Sequence record: NC_052654.1
Origin: Escherichia phage vB_EcoM-Ro121c4YLVW
Direction: 5' to 3' (one strand)
DNA: 64,000 nucleotides
A program made the position numbers and the translations under genes. Of the stretch, positions 20,083-30,177 are shown one piece after another. The notes beneath the pieces were generated by a model that ran no database searches, was not told where the DNA came from, and was given only the letters and a program-made list of their open reading frames with translations. How positions within the stretch are numbered: the stretch's first letter is position 1; each line of letters starts with the position of its first letter.

Positions 20083-20831
20083 TTAAACAAGTTTCTTAAA
20101 CAAATCTGACATTTTATTTGTCTGGTTTTGATGTTTTCTCTTTATTGAAGTGTCTTTAACATACATGGCTTCAACATACTCTTCGTATGTTAAATACTCA
20201 TATAGTTTTAAAAGATAATCTACACCGTAGTTATCCAATGTTTTCAGTGTTTCCGAGGTATCTTTAACGACTTTGCAAAGAATAACCTCATACCACTTCA
20301 AAGTAAGGGTTTTCGTTGCTGTGTCGATAGCATGTTCAATCGCAGGTGTTAATTTGCTGCTAAACTCGTCATCGCCTGAAGCTGTGTGAACAGTTTTCCG
20401 AAACCTCGTTTGAAAAAAGGGCCGTAGTTTACCTCCAGAACTTTAGCAGTAAGATCTAACACTAGTTCTGGGTGAGCCATAAATAATTCATCAAAATTTT
20501 CTGCAACGTTATAACCGTCTTGCGTATAAACCTCATCTAAAATTTTACGCAAAAAGACAGTTAAATTCTTTTCTTCCAAACCTGCAAAAAGTTGGATCAG
20601 TGCCATAGCAATACGTGACTCAAGGTCTTCGTCTGCCGACATTGTTGCTGTGCTATACATAGTCATAGGAACAACCAGAACACTACCCAATTCTGGAATC
20701 CTGTCAAACACTTTAGATGGACTCCACTTCATAATACGGAAAGTAACAGATCTGTTTCCATCTAACGGAATCTCAACTACTTCTTCTGGTCGAGCATATT
20801 TTTGAATTGTGTTATCTTGTTCTTGTGACAT
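20083..20831 (-). CDS. tail assembly chaperone fusion product via programmed -1 frameshift (GT-like)
   Basis: hand translation shows -1 frame open from slippery heptamer at 20412-20418 through track ORF 20083..20301, no stops. Confidence 0.5.
20349..20831 (-). CDS. tail assembly chaperone (G-like, zero-frame product)
   Basis: 160 aa ORF between tube and tape measure; contains slippery U UUU UUC near 3' end. Confidence 0.6.
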   Translation of the reverse strand: MSQEQDNTIQKYARPEEVVEIPLDGNRSVTFRIMKWSPSKVFDRIPELGSVLVVPMTMYSTATMSADEDLESRIAMALIQLFAGLEEKNLTVFLRKILDEVYTQDGYNVAENFDELFMAHPELVLDLTAKVLEVNYGPFFKRGFGKLFTQLQAMTSLAAN

Positions 20832-20848
20832 ATTTTCCTCTCTAATGA

Positions 20849-20869
20849 TAAAAAGGGCATTTCTGCCCT
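20849..20869 (-). terminator. intrinsic terminator after tail tube gene
   Basis: minus-sense hairpin AGGGCA-GAAA-TGCCCT followed by TTTTT. Confidence 0.5.
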
Positions 20870-20876
20870 TTATTTA

Positions 20877-21356
20877 TTATTGAATTGTCAGAGCAGAGAT
20901 TGAGTTAAGGGTGCTCAAACCTACACCAACTTCATTACGCAGAAGGCTTGCATCTTTAAGACCAATAACCCATTGGTTCTCTGTAATCATTTCGCCAATA
21001 GTATCTTCAGGCTGACTTTGAATCCATCCAATCGTGCTAATGTAATAGCCACGTGGGTCTTCCAAGTAAACACTGAATGCTACTTGACGAGTAGAATACA
21101 TTGTTTGTGCATATGTTGCAAGTACTTCGTTAGCTGGAGATGTGCGTTGCAAAGACATTGTGAGTGTTCCCAAACGGTTACGACTCAAAGCTAGTGAAAC
21201 GTCGCCATCAGTCCCTGAATAAGGGTTGATAATATCGTTAGATTTAGCAATAACGATTTTAGTATCAGCCGCAAAACCCCACGGTTCCCAACCACCTAAT
21301 GAAAGGATAACTTGAGATGGGTCGTAGGCCATTACGCCAGTAAGCATTTTATCCAT
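20877..21356 (-). CDS. tail tube protein
   Basis: 159 aa ORF immediately downstream of sheath gene. Confidence 0.6.
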   Translation of the reverse strand: MDKMLTGVMAYDPSQVILSLGGWEPWGFAADTKIVIAKSNDIINPYSGTDGDVSLALSRNRLGTLTMSLQRTSPANEVLATYAQTMYSTRQVAFSVYLEDPRGYYISTIGWIQSQPEDTIGEMITENQWVIGLKDASLLRNEVGVGLSTLNSISALTIQ

Positions 21357-21380
21357 TATAGATCCTCTTTATTTTGATAA

Positions 21381-21397
21381 CGGGGGCTTAACCCCCG
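21381..21397 (-). other. GC-rich stem-loop in sheath-tube intergenic region
   Basis: CGGGGG-CTTAA-CCCCCG perfect hairpin, no U tract. Confidence 0.35.
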
Positions 21398-21402
21398 CCG
21401 TA

Positions 21403-22776
21403 TTAGTTTGCAGTACGGTTAGTCAGGACGTTGACCTGAACTTTAACGTAATGGAAGAAGCCAGCGTAAACATATTCAATCTTCATCCCATCAACCAGAC
21501 GAGCATTGATTTGCGCATCAGTCATATCGGCACGAGAAGGAATATAAACAATAGGTTTCAGATCGACACGCAAACCAGTCTCTTCAGAAGTAACAACTTC
21601 ATTAGCGATGGAACCGTTGAGGATACCTACTTGGATCGGGTTAGCCAGAACAGCTTGTCGAATCAAAGCCAGACCGTTTGAAGTAGCACGAACACCACCA
21701 CCCAGCATAGACTGTTGTTTAAACAGTGTAAACAGTGATTCTTCTGTGCGAGCTTTAAACCACAAAGCATGAACAACATAGTCAACAAAGAAACCGCTAA
21801 CCATCAATCCGTCACGATAGAACAGAGTTCCATGCTCTTTACGATAGATGTTACCGTTCTGTTGAACAATATTGTTTTCCGAAGTCTGATCCAGTTTCTC
21901 GATCTCTACACCTACCAGTGTTTTACCGTGAAGAGTAGTCAAACCAGGTTGACGAGAACAGATTGCACCAACAACTGCTGCTTCTGGGAATACAGAATCT
22001 GCATCGGTCATCCACAAAGCAAAGCAAGTGTTATTATAACCGAGGTCATTCAGTCGTTCCAGAACGTTGTCTTCTGCTTTCGTTTTAATTCCAGGTTCAG
22101 AGCTAGAGAAGAAGTAAACTTTATCATTCTCTTCTACCCATGCAGCCAAAGCTAGAACATCTTCTGTTTCATGGGAATCTGAAAGGGTCCAGAACCAGCT
22201 ACTATCAATATCATGCAGAGCAGCAATATCTTCCGTAATAGCATTAGCATAGACAGTTTCTTGAGTGAAACCTGTGCTGTCAATAGAACCAAACTTACCT
22301 TCTACTGGAGTGAAAGTCATTGCAGCGCCGTTGTTAGCTACTGTAAACAGTGGGCCATAAACAAGATCTGCATTGATCATTTCAGTCAGACCAACTACAA
22401 TCTCTTGTGCAGTTGCAGTGTCATCAGCAATGAATTTAAATTCTTTTTTCTTGGTACCATTTTTGATGGTAATTGTGTAAGTTGCACTATCTTCTACGAT
22501 TGGAGTTAGAGTAAAGTTTGTAACTTCACGCTTACCAACCATGACTTGATCTGGTGGGAACAAACCGTTAAACAGTTTGACTGCCATAATATACGCTGGA
22601 TCATTTAATCCATAACCTGCTTCCAAAAGTGCATCGGAAGAAGAGTAATATTGAATCGCTTCGCCAGTTACGTTCTGACCTGTAAGGATCAGAGGAATAT
22701 CGAACTGGGTTTCACGAATTGATGTAGCACCATACAGTAAAGTTACGGTTGCTACCTTTTCACGAAAAGTTGCCAT
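21403..22776 (-). CDS. tail sheath protein
   Basis: 457 aa ORF upstream of tube gene; size and position typical. Confidence 0.65.
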   Translation of the reverse strand: MATFREKVATVTLLYGATSIRETQFDIPLILTGQNVTGEAIQYYSSSDALLEAGYGLNDPAYIMAVKLFNGLFPPDQVMVGKREVTNFTLTPIVEDSATYTITIKNGTKKKEFKFIADDTATAQEIVVGLTEMINADLVYGPLFTVANNGAAMTFTPVEGKFGSIDSTGFTQETVYANAITEDIAALHDIDSSWFWTLSDSHETEDVLALAAWVEENDKVYFFSSSEPGIKTKAEDNVLERLNDLGYNNTCFALWMTDADSVFPEAAVVGAICSRQPGLTTLHGKTLVGVEIEKLDQTSENNIVQQNGNIYRKEHGTLFYRDGLMVSGFFVDYVVHALWFKARTEESLFTLFKQQSMLGGGVRATSNGLALIRQAVLANPIQVGILNGSIANEVVTSEETGLRVDLKPIVYIPSRADMTDAQINARLVDGMKIEYVYAGFFHYVKVQVNVLTNRTAN

Positions 22777-22810
22777 TTATGCTCCTGTTAGAAACTTAAT
22801 TCCAATGAGT

Positions 22811-23470
22811 TTATTCGGTAGGGTTGTTAAATAATGATCCATTTTGATTAACTGACGAGTATTCGCCTGGAACCAAAGTAATTGCATAAACCCTGTTTAG
22901 AATTAAATCTAAAGGGATAGGATCATTGTAACTATCTCTGAATGAACGGATGTGCATGTTGATTGCTTCTATTGGTGTAGTAGCAATATCTTCAATACTC
23001 ATACGAGTGTTGAACGTCATAACCATACGCGCTCTTAATTCAGTCTTATCTCCGTCTACAATCGTATTGGCTTGAGCTATATTAGAGGCTCCTAAAAAAC
23101 CAAGACCTTTAGAATAGAGATGTTTGTATTTTAATTCCTCTGCACCACGGAGAGCAGCCAGAACATAGCTCATCAAAGTGGTAGGTCTTCCACGATAGGC
23201 TACAAGTTCAATCTCGTAGGTATTATCCATCTCGTAGGAATACATATCATTTTGAATAGAGCTTCGGTAAGACCAACCTCCAGAATCGCTGGAAGTGATA
23301 ATACGTAGTGCTAGGTAAGGAGTATCCGGTTTAATGAATGGCTTATCCATAACATAGACTGGCAACCCCACTAATTCTTGAAGGAAGCCACCTATATTTA
23401 AGTAGATGGCATTTTCGTATGCTTCTATTTGTTGGTAAATATTAGCCAAAGTTTCCTCCTTCTGTTCCAT
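22811..23470 (-). CDS. putative neck/head-tail connector protein
   Basis: 219 aa ORF between capsid and sheath genes. Confidence 0.45.
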   Translation of the reverse strand: MEQKEETLANIYQQIEAYENAIYLNIGGFLQELVGLPVYVMDKPFIKPDTPYLALRIITSSDSGGWSYRSSIQNDMYSYEMDNTYEIELVAYRGRPTTLMSYVLAALRGAEELKYKHLYSKGLGFLGASNIAQANTIVDGDKTELRARMVMTFNTRMSIEDIATTPIEAINMHIRSFRDSYNDPIPLDLILNRVYAITLVPGEYSSVNQNGSLFNNPTE

Positions 23471-23891
23471 AAGACCAGGAGTTGTTTTGATCGTCTAATA
23501 TTGCAACACAGTGATGATGGACTAAGAAAGATGTTCTGGTCCAATCTTTAAGGGAATAAACAGAATACCATTTACCATCTATCAATATCTGATCTGATAA
23601 CTGTTCTGTTCCTTGTTGTAACCCCTTCATTTCTGTTTTAGTCCAGAAACTATATTGAGCCTTAGATCTGTAACCTTCAGGTAGTGCATTCAGTGTTTTA
23701 CCAGATATCGGTTGTAAGCTTGCCGCTTCAATAGTAAATGGTTCATATTCTACACTACTGTCTAAGTTAGCAATAACTGAATCAACTGCCTCTTTGTAGA
23801 TTCGTCTACGACCTTGGTATTCAGTTAGATCAAGGAGAGTAAATTGATCTAGTAACACTTGTATCTCCTTTTTAGTATACATCAAAAACAA
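23442..23891 (-). CDS. putative neck/head-tail connector protein
   Basis: 149 aa ORF. Confidence 0.45.
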   Translation of the reverse strand: MFLMYTKKEIQVLLDQFTLLDLTEYQGRRRIYKEAVDSVIANLDSSVEYEPFTIEAASLQPISGKTLNALPEGYRSKAQYSFWTKTEMKGLQQGTEQLSDQILIDGKWYSVYSLKDWTRTSFLVHHHCVAILDDQNNSWSYGTEGGNFG

Positions 23892-23903
23892 AGTTTATGC
23901 AAG

Positions 23904-24392
23904 TTATTTTTTAGACTTGCTTTTTGTGATTTTTGTTTCGATTGCATTTATCATGTGTGCCGTATCTATTAAGATATGATTAGAATAGTTGCCTTTATCT
24001 TGTCGTATCTTAATTGTCACAGGAGATAAAGGACGATAACGTTGCATTGCAATCGCTTGAGCTATTCCTTCTCTAGAGGCTCTCGCTATAGGCTCAAAAA
24101 CAGCTAACCCGACATTATTCATTAAGTAATTTGCAAACACCTGCTTCATCTTTTTAGCGATATTGTTCTGTGAGATAACAGCGCCATCTGTTATAAAAGG
24201 GCGAGCAGGTATGTTATTTGTTTCATTACCATATTGTTGAATAGCTGCTATTGCAGGAATAGTGAGATCTGATTCAGGATGCCTTTTGTTTGTTAAAAAA
24301 CCAGCTTCGATTTGAACTTGTTCAAGGTCCATCATCTTTTTGATAATGGTTTCCCAATCCGTATCATCACCTGGTAAGATCTCACTTTCCAT
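23904..24392 (-). CDS. putative head completion protein
   Basis: 162 aa ORF. Confidence 0.45.
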   Translation of the reverse strand: MESEILPGDDTDWETIIKKMMDLEQVQIEAGFLTNKRHPESDLTIPAIAAIQQYGNETNNIPARPFITDGAVISQNNIAKKMKQVFANYLMNNVGLAVFEPIARASREGIAQAIAMQRYRPLSPVTIKIRQDKGNYSNHILIDTAHMINAIETKITKSKSKK

Positions 24393-24940
24393 TATTTGTC
24401 CCTACGATAAAAAGAAACAGGTCCATAATTTCGCAAATAATTAACGTTGCGTGTATTACGATCAACACTTGCAACATTACCAAGACCATTTACAGAGTTA
24501 GGATCACTGTTTACTCGATCAATCTCACGAGCATCAACACCACCAATAAGAACTTTACTGGTTGCTCCTCGTCCTGCCGTGCACCCAGGAATGACCATAA
24601 GACCATTTAAATAGTTATGATAGATATCTTCCCACGGAGATTTATAAGTGACTTGACCGTTGTTAAATTTAACTTCAACTTCGACTTCACCCATCTTTTC
24701 TCTGCGGGACATAGCTCCTCCTGTTTGAGTACTGTTGTTAAGAACATCGTTGTTCCATAAATACTCTAAAACAGAAATCAAGCTGTTCCACAATACTGCA
24801 CACTTATCCTTATCTTCATTCCCTATAATATCAATCCAAGTTTGGATGATCTGAATCAGCATCGCATCTGGCAATACTTCTTGAGAAGGGTTATAAACAA
24901 GAATTCGGATCAGTGGTGCCAACTCTACCGCATTCAGCAT
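24392..24940 (-). CDS. putative head-tail joining protein
   Basis: 182 aa ORF. Confidence 0.45.
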   Translation of the reverse strand: MLNAVELAPLIRILVYNPSQEVLPDAMLIQIIQTWIDIIGNEDKDKCAVLWNSLISVLEYLWNNDVLNNSTQTGGAMSRREKMGEVEVEVKFNNGQVTYKSPWEDIYHNYLNGLMVIPGCTAGRGATSKVLIGGVDAREIDRVNSDPNSVNGLGNVASVDRNTRNVNYLRNYGPVSFYRRDK

Positions 24941-24949
24941 AAGCCCACC

Positions 24950-25348
24950 TTATTTTTTACGAAGGGAACGTTTTTTAGCTGGAGTGTCTACCGCTTCTAC
25001 TTTTAAAACTTCTTCTTTGATTTTTACAGGTGCATAGTCTTCGTAACTTACAAGATAGTAACCCATGTGTTCTTCACTTGCAAAAGGATGCACAAGAATA
25101 CCTGTTTCTTCTCTCAAACGCGTGAGGAAGTGAATGAAGTTTCCACCTAATGCAATACGACCATCTTTCAGATAGAAAGACATTGGTGGCGCAGATACTA
25201 ATGTTTTATCAGCATCAATCAGTGGTGAAAGCGATTCGAAATCACGAATCATTTCGTGATAACTAAAGTAACGTTTCAATTCTGGGTTTGACATATCAAT
25301 CTCCTCGTTGTAAACTCTTATTGTAAACAGAAAAGGCTCGCCCATCAC
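24950..25348 (-). CDS. hypothetical head protein
   Basis: 132 aa ORF directly downstream of capsid gene. Confidence 0.45.
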   Translation of the reverse strand: MMGEPFLFTIRVYNEEIDMSNPELKRYFSYHEMIRDFESLSPLIDADKTLVSAPPMSFYLKDGRIALGGNFIHFLTRLREETGILVHPFASEEHMGYYLVSYEDYAPVKIKEEVLKVEAVDTPAKKRSLRKK

Positions 25349-25378
25349 GGACGAGCCTCTAATCTTAACAGAGTTCTA

Positions 25379-26380
25379 TTAAGCCGTAGTCAGTTTAACT
25401 ACCAGTTCTGGACGGGTGTTAACTGCGAGCAGCGAGAATTCAGACTGAAGCTGAATAGTGCGGTGCTGGCTGATCATGAAGGTATACAGTTCACGAGCCT
25501 GGGTGTTAGCCAGTTCTGGAGTATCCGCAGGAGCGTAGTGCGCCTGGAACATACCTTCGATACCCATAGGCAGAACATATGCTTCACCAGCAGGGATGTT
25601 ACCGTGGATATCTTCAATGTAAGTTACACCATTCCATTCAAACACCTGAACATCCATGTTACCGCTAAGGCGGTCACGCAGAAGGTTAGGAGTTCCCTGG
25701 AAATACTGATATGCCTGGCGAACAAATGGAGAGTTAACCAGAGATGCGAAAAATTCACGAGAACACAGAGCTACGATACGAGTAGCGGTAGAGCCATCTT
25801 GTTTAGTATCGATGATGTAAGCACGAGCTTCTTGCTCGATAGTGGCTGCTGGAGAAACAGTGGTAGAAGCAAAGTCTACAGCAACAGATTTCTGGGTAGC
25901 ATTCCACTCGGTATACCAGTTGTATGCAGAGTTAGCTGCACCACCTACGCCGTTATAGGCACGACCCATAACTGCTTCTGCAAAGATTTTCTCTTTGGTT
26001 TTTGCTACGTCACGCAGAATCTGGGACATATAGCGGTTAACAACTTCAGCGTCTGTGCGCAGAGAGTCATTGATTCCTGCCATTGCAAAGCTACGGAAAG
26101 ATTGAATATCTTGAGCTTTGATGTTTTTATCCAGAGGGAAGAACGGAATGCGGAACGCTTTCAGTTCTGGATTTTTCATGGTCAGGAAGTTACGCTCACC
26201 ACCACGCTCACGAGCGGAGATCAGAGCATCTTCAGCTTTTTCTTTACCGATTTCAATAGCGGTAGTTGAATGATAGTCAACACTGAACAGATTCAGGCTG
26301 GCAATCAGTGTATCAGGGGAATCCTGAAGTTCGATCATAGGGCTGAAATCTACAACCTGATCTAAAATTACTGCTGGCAT
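25379..26380 (-). CDS. major capsid protein (lambda gpE-like)
   Basis: 333 aa, size and position after decoration and scaffold genes; family assignment by recollection. Confidence 0.6.
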   Translation of the reverse strand: MPAVILDQVVDFSPMIELQDSPDTLIASLNLFSVDYHSTTAIEIGKEKAEDALISARERGGERNFLTMKNPELKAFRIPFFPLDKNIKAQDIQSFRSFAMAGINDSLRTDAEVVNRYMSQILRDVAKTKEKIFAEAVMGRAYNGVGGAANSAYNWYTEWNATQKSVAVDFASTTVSPAATIEQEARAYIIDTKQDGSTATRIVALCSREFFASLVNSPFVRQAYQYFQGTPNLLRDRLSGNMDVQVFEWNGVTYIEDIHGNIPAGEAYVLPMGIEGMFQAHYAPADTPELANTQARELYTFMISQHRTIQLQSEFSLLAVNTRPELVVKLTTA

Positions 26381-26401
26381 TATATTAATCTCCTATTAAA
26401 A

Positions 26402-26800
26402 TTAAGAAGTGAAAACGACTTTTTCGGTCAGTTTCAGATCATGTGTTTCCAGTGCTGCTACGCCAGCGTCATCTACCAGGGAGCCATCTTTGTAGTATAC
26501 TGCAAAGCGGTTCAGAGTAAGATCACGTACGCCAACAACTGCGGTGAAAGTGTCACCTACTGCTACATCGTCAATACCGAACAGAGCATCAGTCCAAATC
26601 AGAACTTTAGCAGCATCGGCAGCTTCAGCTTTAGCAGCTTCAGTGTTGTCAGCTTTCAGGATAGAACCAATTTTCATGGTTGCTGTTTTAACCAGGTTAA
26701 CTTCACGTACACAGTGTCCAAGGTCAGAGCTAAACACTCCACCCAGAACCAGGTGTCCGAATTCCTGGCGAGAGTTAGATAAAGTAATTCCTTTAGCCAT
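26402..26800 (-). CDS. head decoration protein (gpD-like)
   Basis: 132 aa ORF immediately upstream of capsid gene. Confidence 0.5.
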   Translation of the reverse strand: MAKGITLSNSRQEFGHLVLGGVFSSDLGHCVREVNLVKTATMKIGSILKADNTEAAKAEAADAAKVLIWTDALFGIDDVAVGDTFTAVVGVRDLTLNRFAVYYKDGSLVDDAGVAALETHDLKLTEKVVFTS

Positions 26801-26819
26801 TTAATTTAATCTCCTAAGA

Positions 26820-27935
26820 TTATTGTTTCTGGGCTTTTTTAAGTTCAGCAGCTTTCTGACTAATCAGTTCAGAAGAAGATTTAGCTACAGGTTGAGTATT
26901 GATCACATCAACACCACGTTCTGTTCCAAATTCTTTCTTAACTGCGTCCACTTCTGCACGTGCTTTTTCGAATGCTTTGACGATAGTTTCAGCGATATCT
27001 TTATTGTCTACCAGATATTTAACGAGAGCTTCAACTTTGTCTTCTTCTACGAAAGAATAGGATTTAACAACAGTTGTATATTCTTCTTCGATACGAGCTT
27101 GTTCAGCTTTACGAAGTTCTTCTGCTTCCTGTTCTGCCTTAGCGATTTTTTCCTGTGCTTCAAGTTCTGCGGCTGCACGTGCATCTGCGGCTGCTTTTTC
27201 TACAGCTTCAGCGATCTGTGCTTTCATCAGTTCTTGGAATTCAGCAGATTTCAGGAATTCTTCTTTGTTGATATTTTCCAAAGGGGTTTCTCCTTTATTG
27301 ATTCCAGTTGTGTTTGCAGATTTATCACCTGCGGGGTTAGCCTCTGCATCCACAGAGTTTGTATTAGCTTTAGCGTGAGCTTTCACTAAATAATCTTTAA
27401 CTTGACTTTGTTTCAAGGAACTCTTAACGAGATTACTCAAAGCATCGTCTAAAACGTCCTCAAAGAAATCAATGGAGATCATTACATCACCATCAACAAC
27501 TTGATAATCAGTAACACGAACAACAGGTTTAGCAACCTCTTCAACTTCAACATTCAGTCCGTCAACTTTAAAGCCAACAGAGAACATACCGTTATCTGAA
27601 CAGAAAATTGCAACGTTCGCATCGAAGTCAGCATCAATAACGTAAACCCAATCCCAACCAGCTTCAAATTTTTCACGCACTTTTTCAGAAATGCGATCCA
27701 TCACTTGTTGAATATAGCTTTTACGTAACTCTGTAACATCTTCTCCCATTTTAGTGAGAGCTTCTAACTTTTCAAAAGTTATGTCTGGAGATCCGTCTGA
27801 CTTAAATAAAAGGGGGGTATTGTAACCAGATGCCGCTCCACCTTGAAAATCAAAAGTGTAAGCAATATGAGCACCTAGTGACTCTTCCGTAGCTTTTCCA
27901 GAAAAGTCTACGTTAGTTAAATATGTATTTGCCAC
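26820..27935 (-). CDS. head scaffolding protein (possibly protease-scaffold fusion)
   Basis: 371 aa; C-terminal Ala/Glu/Lys-rich coiled coil. Confidence 0.5.
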   Translation of the reverse strand: MANTYLTNVDFSGKATEESLGAHIAYTFDFQGGAASGYNTPLLFKSDGSPDITFEKLEALTKMGEDVTELRKSYIQQVMDRISEKVREKFEAGWDWVYVIDADFDANVAIFCSDNGMFSVGFKVDGLNVEVEEVAKPVVRVTDYQVVDGDVMISIDFFEDVLDDALSNLVKSSLKQSQVKDYLVKAHAKANTNSVDAEANPAGDKSANTTGINKGETPLENINKEEFLKSAEFQELMKAQIAEAVEKAAADARAAAELEAQEKIAKAEQEAEELRKAEQARIEEEYTTVVKSYSFVEEDKVEALVKYLVDNKDIAETIVKAFEKARAEVDAVKKEFGTERGVDVINTQPVAKSSSELISQKAAELKKAQKQ

Positions 27936-27937
27936 GA

Positions 27938-28417
27938 TTAGTCCTTCTTGACTTTAACGCCCATTGCGCCTATACTCAAACCTTTAAGAACGCCGTCTTT
28001 ACGAGCTTGATATAATTCAGGGTCGTTGAATTGGATTTTAACGAGGGGAGTTCCTTCCACAACGAGTTCGTCACCAATGTAACAATCGACTTCATTTACC
28101 CAAGCTTTAATTGGAGAAAACTTATCGGTGTTCTTCATGTGACCAAGATTACCACTAATATTGGTAATATTCTCATTGAAGTTGTCAACCATCTTCCTGA
28201 TTTCCAAATCAGACATGCGCTCTCCGTGGAGATCGTCTTCTTCAGGTGGACAATACAAGACCTCAATAACCTGCATCTTTTCTTCATCAAATTTATTTTG
28301 TTTGACTAGAGTTTCAGGTTTTTGAGATGGTATAGAATCTTGTTGGGATTCAGAATTCTCTTTAAAACCAGCGAAGGTTTTGAAGAGTTCCCACAGTGTA
28401 TCTTTATTGAGTTCCAT
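27938..28417 (-). CDS. hypothetical head morphogenesis protein
   Basis: 159 aa ORF between portal and scaffold. Confidence 0.4.
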   Translation of the reverse strand: MELNKDTLWELFKTFAGFKENSESQQDSIPSQKPETLVKQNKFDEEKMQVIEVLYCPPEEDDLHGERMSDLEIRKMVDNFNENITNISGNLGHMKNTDKFSPIKAWVNEVDCYIGDELVVEGTPLVKIQFNDPELYQARKDGVLKGLSIGAMGVKVKKD

Positions 28418-28453
28418 TTGAAACCTCTTAAAAACAGATATCCCATAAATCTT

Positions 28454-28482
28454 AGTCTACAGGATATTTGTTGTTTTGTCAA
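28454..28482 (-). promoter_or_regulatory. sigma70-like promoter (minus strand)
   Basis: minus-sense TTGACA, 17 nt, TAGACT upstream of gene 27938..28417. Confidence 0.45.
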
Positions 28483-28510
28483 TAGAAAAATTAAAAAATA
28501 TTAAATATTT

Positions 28511-30076
28511 TTAATTCGACAGGTTTTGTGCTGAAGGATCTAAAGCAGAAACAGTATCAGATGTTCCAGTTCCCGCTGTAGCTAAACCATCTCCTGATCG
28601 TGAAGTTTTATCAGGCATATAGTTATCCATGAATTCAAAGAATTTCTCTTTATTGGCAACAATATCGTCAGGGATGCGATATTCAAAACCAATTTTTTCA
28701 AGGAACTCGTTAATAACTTCTGGGGTTAAAGGTATTGCACCAGAGGCTACCAACTGCTGAATAGCTTTAGCATTTACTTCAATATCAGGATCACCCATTT
28801 CACCACTGACAAACTTAGGCATATCTTCATCAGAAAGGAAGATATTGTTTAGTCGTAGTGTTTGAGGGATCAGTTGAGAGTTTATAGCTTCTACAACAAT
28901 ATCTACATCTCGCTCAATAAAATGAGACAATAGTGTTTGTTTGTTGTCAGAAAGCGCAAAACTTCCTGCATCACCATCACCCATAATCAACACACCCGCA
29001 CCAAAGCGGTTATAAATATCTAGCTTGCGTTGTTTGATTAGTGCTTGAGTGTCAAACTGTTTACCCGTGCCATCAACACCTTGGAATACAAGATCGTATT
29101 GACGCATCACTGTGCCTTCATAAACGTCTGAAGGCAATACCATGTAGGCTTGCTCACCAGAGTGCAGGTTAGCGATGTTGGCTTGGAGAACTCGAAGAGA
29201 TTGTGCTTCATCCCCAGCAGGATCTAAAGATGCCCTGTTTAGAATGTCACTTGGAACCTTAAGAACTGGCATACCGCCTAAATCTTTAGATACCCCAATA
29301 ACCTCAAATTCCTGAATAAGAGATTTTTCACGCCAGCTACGATATACAGCTAAAAGCGGACTAACTCCTAGTGGGTTATTCTCTGTAATGTTACTACCAA
29401 CAAATAAAACTTTACTGAAAGGAATTTCTTTAATACCAGTTTCTAAAGTTGTATTACCTGGAGCTAACATCGTATTGGTGATATTCTGGTTAACAGATAG
29501 AATAGAACGTCCGTCTGCCGAATATGTAAAAGGTTGAGCCATGTGAAGAGTGTCTTGTGGTCTAAAAGCCAGTTTGGTCAATCGCCAATACCCAAAGTAA
29601 GGACTTTTAGGATCTTCATCCAACTCATAAACTTTCTCTGCGAATGCAAAACCATATTGCTTATATGTCAAAAGTGATCTAACATATTGACGTAGAGGGG
29701 CTTGCATATTGCGTAACATGTAATCAATAAACTTAGCAGCTTTTCTTGACTTTGCCGAGTTTACATTGTATTTTATCTTGAAATCAAAGAATGCTCTATC
29801 TACAAAGATATATGTAGCGTCAAGAGCAGTAGCTACATCAGGGTCTTCACCCATCTCTTTAAAAGTGCGAATACATTCTGGGAAACGAGTCTCATAAGGT
29901 TGCATGAAATTCGTAAATGCTTTGATTGAGTTTAATCCGATCGTTCCTATTTCAGGTGACAGGAGTAACGTTTTCTCTTTCTCTGCCTCTTTTGTTGGAG
30001 AGAGAGCAGCTTTATTTGCAGCACCTTTGTCCCAGTATTCTGACTTTTTAGTGTACGTTCTTTTTCCTGTTGACAC
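28511..30076 (-). CDS. portal protein
   Basis: 521 aa ORF directly downstream of terminase large subunit. Confidence 0.6.
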   Translation of the reverse strand: MSTGKRTYTKKSEYWDKGAANKAALSPTKEAEKEKTLLLSPEIGTIGLNSIKAFTNFMQPYETRFPECIRTFKEMGEDPDVATALDATYIFVDRAFFDFKIKYNVNSAKSRKAAKFIDYMLRNMQAPLRQYVRSLLTYKQYGFAFAEKVYELDEDPKSPYFGYWRLTKLAFRPQDTLHMAQPFTYSADGRSILSVNQNITNTMLAPGNTTLETGIKEIPFSKVLFVGSNITENNPLGVSPLLAVYRSWREKSLIQEFEVIGVSKDLGGMPVLKVPSDILNRASLDPAGDEAQSLRVLQANIANLHSGEQAYMVLPSDVYEGTVMRQYDLVFQGVDGTGKQFDTQALIKQRKLDIYNRFGAGVLIMGDGDAGSFALSDNKQTLLSHFIERDVDIVVEAINSQLIPQTLRLNNIFLSDEDMPKFVSGEMGDPDIEVNAKAIQQLVASGAIPLTPEVINEFLEKIGFEYRIPDDIVANKEKFFEFMDNYMPDKTSRSGDGLATAGTGTSDTVSALDPSAQNLSN

Positions 30077-30145
30077 TTGTTCCTCCAGTCAGGTATAAAA
30101 TCGTTAAGGCAAGGCTGTATTATATACAACCTCACCTATCTAGTT

Positions 30146-30174
30146 ATAATACACTTTAAAGTGACTTTTGTCAA
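30146..30174 (-). promoter_or_regulatory. sigma70-like promoter (minus strand)
   Basis: minus-sense TTGACA, 17 nt, TATTAT between terminase stop and portal start. Confidence 0.5.
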
Positions 30175-30177
30175 CAA

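Noticed and set aside
25463-26269. 268 aa plus-strand ORF antisense to the major capsid gene
   Set aside because: Lies entirely inside a well-supported minus-strand capsid gene, has no SD, and has biased composition typical of an antisense shadow ORF
26823-27389. 188 aa plus-strand Phe/Cys-rich ORF antisense to the scaffold gene
   Set aside because: Low-complexity antisense translation of the Glu/Ala/Lys-rich scaffold coding region; no independent start signals
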